Assembly (NCBI GenBank): GCA_045542275.1
Contig: JAZQKP010000016.1
Location: 5,576 to 69,575, forward strand
Length of the DNA: 64,000 nucleotides
DNA from: Eubacteriales bacterium
GTDB lineage: Bacteria > Bacillota > Clostridia > Oscillospirales > CAG-272
Direction of reading: 5' to 3'
Numbering within the stretch: the stretch's first letter is position 1; the number at the start of each line of letters is the position of its first letter. The notes beneath the pieces are model-generated. The model ran no database searches. It saw only the letters and a list, made by a program, of their open reading frames with translations, and was not told where the DNA came from. Both the position numbers and the translations under genes were made by a program. Shown here in pieces: positions 1-6,599 of the stretch.

Positions 1-2
1 AG

Positions 3-506
3 ACTATTAAGCAGCTTGATGCTGAGGTAAAAAAGCTTTATCCTCGCCATGCAGAGCTTGAAGCGATTTTTGAAAATGAAAAGACAGTTCGCACCCTTAA
101 TGTTAAGGATATCTATTCCTCAATGCTTGAGCAGCACGGTATACTGCTATCCCCCGATTACTGGCAGTATGCAGACATTATGTTCTACTACTTTGAGGCG
201 AAGAAATGCGACACTATGGAAACCTGTATTGCACTTATTGACAGGCTTAAGGCATCTGAGTTCCTTGAGACCTCCTCTCTTAAGGCAACACATAATCTTA
301 ACTTAAGAAGCAGCAAGCTTCTTACAGCGTCTAAGCTCTATTTAAGTCAGGAGTTTGCTACCCTTGCACTTAAGATAGAAAGACGCTCCAGCTACTACCA
401 TGACCTTGTAGCTGCTAATACTCTGTACGGCTGTATGAAATCTCGCCTTGGGGCAAACAGCCAGAACCTTTACGATGATATGATGAAGCTTATTAATTTG
501 GCATAA
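3..506 (+). CDS. Hypothetical protein, C-terminal fragment (gene starts left of the window)
   Basis: The reading frame is open from the window edge (TIKQLDAEVKKLYPRH...) through the listed 123..506 ORF to TAA at 504-506. No motif recognised. Confidence 0.45.
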   Translation, partial: TIKQLDAEVKKLYPRHAELEAIFENEKTVRTLNVKDIYSSMLEQHGILLSPDYWQYADIMFYYFEAKKCDTMETCIALIDRLKASEFLETSSLKATHNLNLRSSKLLTASKLYLSQEFATLALKIERRSSYYHDLVAANTLYGCMKSRLGANSQNLYDDMMKLINLA

Positions 507-517
507 TGAGGTGTACT

Positions 518-2092
518 ATGAATTTTGAAAAATTTGCAATGGGCCTTGAATTTGGCTCTACAAGAATTAAAGCAATTTTGCTTGACGAAAATCGCAACGT
601 AATCGCATCAGGCGGTCACACCTGGGAAAACCGTTATGTTGACGGAATCTGGACATACACAATGGACGATATTATCGGTGGCCTTCAGGATTGCTACGCA
701 AAGATGCGTACAGATTTTGAGAATACATACGGCGAAAAGCTTACCACCATCGGCGCTATCGGTATTTCCGGTATGATGCACGGCTACCTTGCATTCGATA
801 AGGACAATAATCTTCTTGCTCCCTTCAGAACATGGAGAAATACTATTACCGCAGAGTCCTCTGAAAAGCTGACCAAGGCGTTCAACTCTGCTATTCCTCA
901 GAGATGGAGCATCGCCCATCTTTATAAGGATATCCTTGAGGACGTATCTTACGTTAAGGATATTGCACACTTTACTACTCTTGCCGGCTTTATCCATTGG
1001 CAGCTTACAGGCAATAAGGTTCTCGGAATTGGTGAAGCATCGGGTATGTTCCCCATTGACAGCGAAAAGTGCGACTACAGAGATGATTGCCTTGAAATTT
1101 TTGCAAATCTTATAAAGGATAAAAATTATCCTTGGACACTTAAGGAAATTCTTCCCGGTGTGCTTAACGCAGGTGAGTGCGCCGGCTATCTTACAGAGGA
1201 GGGCGCTAAGCTTCTTGACGTAAGCGGTACACTTAAGGCAGGTGTTAAATTTGCACCTCCTGAGGGCGACGCAGGTACAGGTATGACAGCCACTAACTCT
1301 GTAAGAGTTGGTACAGGTAACGTTTCTGCAGGTACATCTGTTTTCGCAATGGTGGTTACAGAAAAGACACCTAAGCTTCATAAGGAAATCAACGTTGTTA
1401 CAACTCCCGACGGCGCTCCCGTTGCTATGGTGCATTGCTCCAACTGTACATCTGATTTTAACGCTTGGGCAAATATGCTTAAGGACTTTGCATCCTGTCT
1501 CGGTGTTGATATCCCTACTGGCAAGCTTATGGATCTTATGTTTGAAAAGGCGCTTTCAGGTGAGGCTGACTGCGGTGGACTTATCTCCTACAACTACTAT
1601 TCCGGTGAAGCAAACGTAGGTCTTACAAAGGGTATTCCCGTGCTTATGCGCAGACCCGATGCAGACTTCAGCTTTGCTAACCTTATGAGAACACATCTCT
1701 ACTCCTGTCTGTCAACTCTTAAGATGGGACTTGACATTCTTATTAAGGAAGAAAACATTAAGATTGACCGTATCTGCGGTCACGGTGGCTACTTCAAGGC
1801 TCCCGTAACAGGACCTAAGTTCCTTTCCGCTGCTGTTGGCGCTCCCGTTATTACAATGGAAAGCTCCGGTGAGGGTGGACCTTACGGTATGGCGCTCCTT
1901 GCTGCATATATGCTTGATAAGGCAGAGGGCGAAGCGCTTCCCGATTATCTTGACAATAAGATTTTCGCATCCTGCAAGACAGTGGAAACTATGGCTGATA
2001 AGGAAGATATTGACGGCTTCAATGCGTTTCTTACAGACTTTAAGCGTTGCCTTGATGTTGAAAAGACAGCTATTTCCACATTCGCTGAATAA
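518..2092 (+). CDS. FGGY-family carbohydrate kinase (xylulokinase/ribulokinase-like)
   Basis: About 524 aa. N-terminal actin-like ATPase motif GLEFGSTRIKAILLD; later GDAGTGM and GHGGYF segments typical of FGGY sugar kinases. ATG at 518 follows a GAGGTG RBS, so the listed start at 506 is probably too early. Confidence 0.8.
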   Translation: MNFEKFAMGLEFGSTRIKAILLDENRNVIASGGHTWENRYVDGIWTYTMDDIIGGLQDCYAKMRTDFENTYGEKLTTIGAIGISGMMHGYLAFDKDNNLLAPFRTWRNTITAESSEKLTKAFNSAIPQRWSIAHLYKDILEDVSYVKDIAHFTTLAGFIHWQLTGNKVLGIGEASGMFPIDSEKCDYRDDCLEIFANLIKDKNYPWTLKEILPGVLNAGECAGYLTEEGAKLLDVSGTLKAGVKFAPPEGDAGTGMTATNSVRVGTGNVSAGTSVFAMVVTEKTPKLHKEINVVTTPDGAPVAMVHCSNCTSDFNAWANMLKDFASCLGVDIPTGKLMDLMFEKALSGEADCGGLISYNYYSGEANVGLTKGIPVLMRRPDADFSFANLMRTHLYSCLSTLKMGLDILIKEENIKIDRICGHGGYFKAPVTGPKFLSAAVGAPVITMESSGEGGPYGMALLAAYMLDKAEGEALPDYLDNKIFASCKTVETMADKEDIDGFNAFLTDFKRCLDVEKTAISTFAE

Positions 2093-2105
2093 TTTAAAAA
2101 TAGAA

Positions 2106-2135
2106 ACGACTGCATCTTTTGTGCAGTCGTTTTTT
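2106..2135. terminator. Rho-independent terminator between convergent genes
   Basis: Stem ACGACTGCA / TGCAGTCGT with a 7-nt loop, followed by a T-run and preceded by an A-rich tract. Confidence 0.65.
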
Positions 2136-2143
2136 ACTGTCAA

Positions 2144-2548
2144 TTATGCTGATGTTATACGTTTTGCAAGCTTTGGCAGTATTTCACGCACCTTGGCACG
2201 TACCCATTCATCTGAGTAACCAAGCTGCTCCCCTACCTGCCAATAGGTTTTGTCTCCGTTGACAAAGCATTCAAGCATGATGATTTGCTCACTTGGTGTA
2301 AGAGTGGATATTATACCAAGATATTTCTTCTCAAGCCTGTTTGCTTTTCTTATGTATTCGTTGATTTTCAGTGATTTGAGTATATCCTCAATCTCGGAAA
2401 TTTCCTCTGTAATCTCGGGAGATTGCTCCATGGACCTTAGCCTTTCAAGTCTTCTTGTTCTTATGTCTCTTATGGTTTCCCGTACCTTTATACATTTTTC
2501 AAGATGCTTAAGCTCTTTTAGCTCCGCCTTAATCTGTTCAATCCTCAT
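2144..2548 (-). CDS. Sigma-70 region-4-like HTH protein resembling phage late-gene activators (RinA/ArpU-like size and architecture)
   Basis: 135 aa starting at MRIEQIKAELK. The ATG at 2548 is preceded by AAGGAGG. N-terminal coiled-coil; C-terminal LTPSEQIIMLECF...YWQVGEQLGYSDEWVRAKVREIL resembles sigma region 4. The listed 187-aa ORF extends upstream in a frame that overlaps another small ORF. Confidence 0.55.
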   Translation of the reverse strand: MRIEQIKAELKELKHLEKCIKVRETIRDIRTRRLERLRSMEQSPEITEEISEIEDILKSLKINEYIRKANRLEKKYLGIISTLTPSEQIIMLECFVNGDKTYWQVGEQLGYSDEWVRAKVREILPKLAKRITSA

Positions 2549-2597
2549 AAAACCTCCTTGCAAAGCTTTTTGCCACACCGCAAGCAAAAAGATTTTA

Positions 2598-2765
2598 TTA
2601 ATATAATTGTTCAAGCTCGTTACTGTGGCAGAAGGGACAGTGCATCTCGCACAATTCCTCATCTGCATACCCCTGTAAGTAGGGGTGAAACTGTGTGTAA
2701 TGCTCAAAAAGCGCTTCGTCCTCGTAGAAATCCTTACCGCAATTAAGACACCTGTAATCCGTAAT
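2598..2765 (-). CDS. Candidate small zinc-finger protein (about 55 aa) with no canonical start codon
   Basis: My own reverse-strand translation gives ITDYRCLNCGKDFYEDEALFEHYTQFHPYLQGYADEELCEMHCPFCHSNELEQLY*. It has C-X2-C-X12-H-X4-H spacing plus C-X3-C-X2-C. GGAAAGGAG lies immediately upstream, but the only in-frame start-like codon is ATT at 2765, 3 nt from the RBS. Confidence 0.3.
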   Translation of the reverse strand: MTDYRCLNCGKDFYEDEALFEHYTQFHPYLQGYADEELCEMHCPFCHSNELEQLY

Positions 2766-2911
2766 ATGCTCCTTTCCCGATTTTCCTTGACATTTCCTAA
2801 ATTAAGTGATATAATCTTATCATAACAGGGCTATGACCTAATTATATTCCTAATTTAGTAATATGTCAATAGCAATACTGTAACTTTTTTGAATTTGAAG
2901 GAAGGTGTCCT

Positions 2912-3562
2912 ATGAATAAGACAGTTATACTTGAAAGAATAGGTACTCTGTGCCGTGAGCGTGGAATTTCCATGAATACAGCCTTTTTGGAAAGTGGAGT
3001 TGGTAAGAATTTTAAAAGCAATATGAAGACTGCCAACCCTACTATGGGCAAGATTACAATGCTATCTATGTACTTTAATGTATCCCGTAAGTTTCTTCTG
3101 GGTGAAAGCGATAACCGTGGGGGATACATAAAGGATATTATGGATATAAACGGAGTTCACCCCGTTAAGAGAAAGAGCCTGCCCATTCTTGGCAGTATTG
3201 CCTGTGGCGCTCCTATTTTTGCTGAGGAGAATCTTGACGGATATGCGTCCTGTGACGGTGACATTAATGCCGATTTCTGTCTTTACGCCAAGGGGGACAG
3301 TATGATAGATGCGGGCATTCGTGACGGAAGCATCGTGTTTATTAAGAGTCAGCCCACCGTTGATAACGGGCAGATTGCTGTTGTTCTTATTGATGATGAG
3401 GCTACCCTTAAGCGTGTGTACTTTGATAAGGATAACAAGCGAATGATTTTAAACCCAGCCAACCCTGCCTATGCGCCTATAATTGTGGATAGCACACAGA
3501 TTGAATGCGGAAATGTACGTATTCTCGGCAAGGCAGTTATGTGTCAGTTCAAGGTGGTGTGA
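2912..3562 (+). CDS. XRE-type HTH / S24 peptidase repressor (phage CI-like, LexA-like autocleaving)
   Basis: 216 aa. The N-terminus is an HTH (LCRERGISMNTAFLESGVGKNF). The C-terminus has the S24 catalytic pattern (GDSM serine, LKRV lysine) and a cleavage-loop-like CGAPIFA segment. Confidence 0.85.
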   Translation: MNKTVILERIGTLCRERGISMNTAFLESGVGKNFKSNMKTANPTMGKITMLSMYFNVSRKFLLGESDNRGGYIKDIMDINGVHPVKRKSLPILGSIACGAPIFAEENLDGYASCDGDINADFCLYAKGDSMIDAGIRDGSIVFIKSQPTVDNGQIAVVLIDDEATLKRVYFDKDNKRMILNPANPAYAPIIVDSTQIECGNVRILGKAVMCQFKVV

Positions 3563-3573
3563 AAGGAGTAGCC

Positions 3574-4059
3574 ATGAGAATATTTCTCCCCTCTGAAAAA
3601 TTTTCAATAAATTCCGCAAGGAAATCAACCGAGCTTAGCAGAAGCCTTGACGAAATGGTAGAGAAAAAATGGTCCCCCTCTACTGATTATGACGTTTTTG
3701 TCGGTAACGTGTCTGAAAAGGGCTTTAAAATACATCAAAACAAGCTGACTACTTTTAGAAGAAATCCTCTTTCTCCTACAATAATCGGGAACTTCAACGA
3801 TACCCCCGAAGGATGCACAGTAGATATAAAAATGCGCCTTAATATACCAAGCCTGATTTTTGAATTAATTTGGAATCTTGGCTTAGCATTAATATTTGTC
3901 ATTGGAATTATTATGACAATAACAGACGGAATGTTTTATGTGCCGCTTACTGCATTTTTTATGTATGCAATTCCTCAAATCATTACAAGAACTCTTTTCC
4001 GTTCTTCGGTCAGGAGCTCAAAGGAAAGATTATTATCAATTTTAGGTGATAAAAAATGA
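3574..4059 (+). CDS. Hypothetical membrane protein
   Basis: ATG at 3574 follows AAAGGAG. Two C-terminal hydrophobic helices (LIFELIWNLGLALIFVIGIIM, VPLTAFFMYAIPQII). The stop overlaps the next start (ATGA). Confidence 0.5.
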   Translation: MRIFLPSEKFSINSARKSTELSRSLDEMVEKKWSPSTDYDVFVGNVSEKGFKIHQNKLTTFRRNPLSPTIIGNFNDTPEGCTVDIKMRLNIPSLIFELIWNLGLALIFVIGIIMTITDGMFYVPLTAFFMYAIPQIITRTLFRSSVRSSKERLLSILGDKK

Positions 4060-4976
4060 ACAGATTTAAATTGGAAAACACCCTTGACGTGTCGGTAATT
4101 TCCATAGGAGCTGACCATTTTGGCACGGCTGTGGATAATAAGACAGCATCACGTATACTTGATATGTACGTGGATTACGGCGGAAACCTCATAGATACAG
4201 CTAACGTGTACGGAAAATGGGTGGTGGGTGCAGGCAACGCAAGTGAAAAATTCCTTGGGGAGTGGCTGAAATCTACAAAAAAGAATGTAGTTATTGCCAC
4301 TAAGGGCGCACACTACAATTTTGATGCACCAAAGGTTATGCGCCTTAAGGAAAAGGATATCCGTCTTGACCTTGAACAGAGCCTTCGTGCGCTTAACAAG
4401 GACTGTATTGACTTTTATTGGCTACACAGAGATGACCCCTCTATGATGATTGGTGAAATACTTGACACAATGGAAAAATTGCGCCGTGAGGGTAAAATTC
4501 TCTTATACGGTGCGTCAAATTTCTGTGCAGACAGGCTTTTTGAGGCTGAAAGGTATGCCAAGGAAAACAATATTACAGGCTTTAGCGCTGTGTCAAATCA
4601 GCATAGCGCAGCAACGGTAAATCCGGGCTTTAATACTAACCCCGACCCTACCCTTGTAATACACGGAGAAAAGGAAGAAGCATTTCACAGGGAAACGAAA
4701 AAGCCTCTTATCCCCTATCAGTCCACAGCCCGTGGATATTTTGCAAAAAAAGCCACAGGGGCGACTGTTTCCGACTCTCTTGTACGTGCATACGATAACG
4801 AAAAAACAAGGGATACCTACAAAAAGGTGGTTGCTCTTGCAGAAAAGGAATGCTGCTCCGTCCATGCTGCCTCCCTTATCTACCTTGCAAGACAGGACTA
4901 CCCTACGCTCCCCATCACAAGTGTGCGTAGTCCAGAGCAGCTTAAAGACGTCTTTGAAGCAATGGACAAAATATAG
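4056..4976 (+). CDS. Aldo/keto reductase family oxidoreductase
   Basis: 306 aa with GGNLIDTANVYG, DFYWLHRDD and LYGASNF motifs typical of the AKR family. Confidence 0.85.
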   Translation: MNRFKLENTLDVSVISIGADHFGTAVDNKTASRILDMYVDYGGNLIDTANVYGKWVVGAGNASEKFLGEWLKSTKKNVVIATKGAHYNFDAPKVMRLKEKDIRLDLEQSLRALNKDCIDFYWLHRDDPSMMIGEILDTMEKLRREGKILLYGASNFCADRLFEAERYAKENNITGFSAVSNQHSAATVNPGFNTNPDPTLVIHGEKEEAFHRETKKPLIPYQSTARGYFAKKATGATVSDSLVRAYDNEKTRDTYKKVVALAEKECCSVHAASLIYLARQDYPTLPITSVRSPEQLKDVFEAMDKI

Positions 4977-4979
4977 GAT

Positions 4980-5033
4980 AGCCTCCCTGCGGAGGGAGGT
5001 GGCATGGCAAGTGCCGTGACGGAAGGAGTACCG
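4980..5033. repeat. Intergenic structured repeat, family 2, copy A (left module only)
   Basis: AGCCTCCCTGCGGAGGGAGGTGGCATGGCAAGTGCCGTGACGGAAGGAGTACCG shares the GCCTCC..GAGGGAGGTGGC....GTGACGGAAGGAGT module with 60708-60757. Contains hairpin CCTCCCT/AGGGAGG. Confidence 0.6.
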
Positions 5034-5051
5034 TTCTATTATTCCAAAAAG

Positions 5052-5085
5052 AAAGGAAGATGCAAAGGCATCTTCCTTTTTATAT
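5052..5085. terminator. Bidirectional rho-independent terminator
   Basis: 12-bp stem AAAGGAAGATGC / GCATCTTCCTTT with a 4-nt loop. A-run upstream and T-run downstream. Lies between convergent operons. Confidence 0.75.
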
Positions 5086-5226
5086 TTTCTATACGTAGTG
5101 CATTTAAGCTTTGATAATCAAGGATTTCAAGGCGCACCGCAGAGGGCGGACGAGGGCGTACTTTGTGTACGTCAAGGTCGCAATCGAGGAGCAACACAGA
5201 AATCTGAAGCATTAGCGAAGCTTAAA

Positions 5227-6201
5227 TTATGGATTACATGTTCCGCAAGGTGAGTAACCATCGTTAATCAGATTTTCACGGTTACCTGTATAGGTTTCCT
5301 TATTTTCTTCCTTTACGCTGGCGCCGCAGGCGCTGTCCCCCTTATGGAACTTCATGCTCTTTTTATTGAGAATGTAGGTGATTGTATTGGGGTCCTGAGT
5401 GGTGATATCCTCAATTTCAGGCGCTTCGTCGGAAAGCCAGTTTTGTCCTGTTGCGTAGTTGATTACAATACCGGGCTGAACATTGTAGGAATATACGTTA
5501 AAGGAAATTCCGTCGCCCTCATCCTCAACAGAGTATGCCATCATATGTACGCCGCTTGGCACAAGATTGTTACCGTCATAAATAGGAGTTACACGGAACA
5601 TAACATGGTTATTTGTTTCCTTAATGTAGTCGGCAATCATATTTTCAAAGGTGAGCATACCCTCAATATTAAGGTAACGTGTGCCTGTAACAAGGTTCTT
5701 ATCGTTTGCATTTTCACCTGCAAGCTGGAAGCCGATTAGGTGGCATCTGTTGTAAATATAGCCACCCTCAACAAGCTTTGTATCGTACTTATTGTTGTTG
5801 CTCTTTCCGTTATATTTCCAGCCTGATGGTGTAACTGAGCCGATTTCCTCTCTGTCCTCAGTAGGCATAAGCTCCTTACCAAGACAGGCGTGGGTCACTC
5901 CACATCTGCCAAGGGAGTCAAGCTCGCTGTAAAACTCATACGCCTTAGTTGTGATTTCGCTGTCTGTAAAGGTGGGAACGCCTCCGTTTACGTTAACAAA
6001 GGGCTTGTTTGTAAATTCGGGAATTGCTTCGCCGTTAATTACAATATTACTTGGCTCACCGGGGGTATAGCCGGAATCGGTGGTTGTGTCATCGCCTAAG
6101 CCAAGCTGACCCATAATTTCTTCAAGCAGGGTACAGGATGTGAGTGATAATACTGCCACTAAAATCAGGGCAAGTATGGGTAAAAGTAGTCTTTTCTTCA
6201 T
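5227..6201 (-). CDS. Secreted/lipoprotein DNA/RNA non-specific endonuclease (EndA/NucA-like DNA-entry nuclease family)
   Basis: Lipoprotein signal MKKRLLLPILALILVAVLSLTSC. Core RCHLIGFQLAGENANDKNLVTGTRYLN resembles the active-site region of the EndA/Endonuclease_NS_2 family. Cys/His-rich C-terminal tail (KFHKGDSACG...SPCGTCNP). The ATG at 6201 overlaps the upstream stop (ATGA). Confidence 0.75.
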   Translation of the reverse strand: MKKRLLLPILALILVAVLSLTSCTLLEEIMGQLGLGDDTTTDSGYTPGEPSNIVINGEAIPEFTNKPFVNVNGGVPTFTDSEITTKAYEFYSELDSLGRCGVTHACLGKELMPTEDREEIGSVTPSGWKYNGKSNNNKYDTKLVEGGYIYNRCHLIGFQLAGENANDKNLVTGTRYLNIEGMLTFENMIADYIKETNNHVMFRVTPIYDGNNLVPSGVHMMAYSVEDEGDGISFNVYSYNVQPGIVINYATGQNWLSDEAPEIEDITTQDPNTITYILNKKSMKFHKGDSACGASVKEENKETYTGNRENLINDGYSPCGTCNP

Positions 6202-6599
6202 TTTTTCCAAATCTCCTTAGTTATCTTTTCGTGGGATGAGCCTGCAAACTCCTCGCTGGATATAAGTCTGTAGGAATCAAGCTCCAAATCAAAAAAGAAA
6301 TCGCCGGGATAGTGTCTGTTCCAATGATAGATGACTAACTCCTCTATTTCATCTTTGTATTCTGCCACGGGTAAATTTTCAATAAAGCACCAGCCCTTGT
6401 TGGCAGCCCTTAAGGGGTTGCACTTGACCTTCAGCTTTATTTCGTTATCTTTAAAAAGACTTTCAGAGTAGGGAGCGACAAACAGCTTATCTCCGTCAAG
6501 CATTGCTTCAATATTGTCAATAAGCACTCTGTCTCTGCTCTGTCGTCTGTTATTGAACATCATTCCTTTTCTTTCGTCAAGACAAACTATAAGCTTCAA
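6198..6599 (-). CDS. Hypothetical cytoplasmic protein (133 aa), weak DHFR-fold-like N-terminus
   Basis: TTG start at 6599 sits immediately after the addA stop, with GGAGGTGG 9 nt upstream. The N-terminus KLIVCLDERKGMMFNNRRQSRD and the motif HWNRHYPGDFFFD resemble DHFR/RibD-C fold proteins, but the protein is much shorter. No signal peptide. Confidence 0.45.
   Translation of the reverse strand: MKLIVCLDERKGMMFNNRRQSRDRVLIDNIEAMLDGDKLFVAPYSESLFKDNEIKLKVKCNPLRAANKGWCFIENLPVAEYKDEIEELVIYHWNRHYPGDFFFDLELDSYRLISSEEFAGSSHEKITKEIWKK

Noticed and set aside
608-1435. Long antisense ORFs opposite well-supported genes: 608..1435(-), 17725..18228(-), 25402..25935(-), 49522..50022(+), 51566..52102(+), 55324..55764(-), 59458..60312(-) and many shorter ones in the track
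   Set aside because: Each lies entirely within a gene with clear family motifs on the other strand. Their translations are low-complexity or Cys/Ser/Leu-rich, and they lack an RBS. They are shadow ORFs.
2912-3562. Annotating the S24 protein as the cellular SOS repressor LexA
   Set aside because: The N-terminal DNA-binding domain is an XRE/Cro-type HTH, not the LexA winged helix. I saw no Firmicutes LexA box (CGAAC-N4-GTTCG) in its upstream region. A phage CI-like repressor is the safer call.
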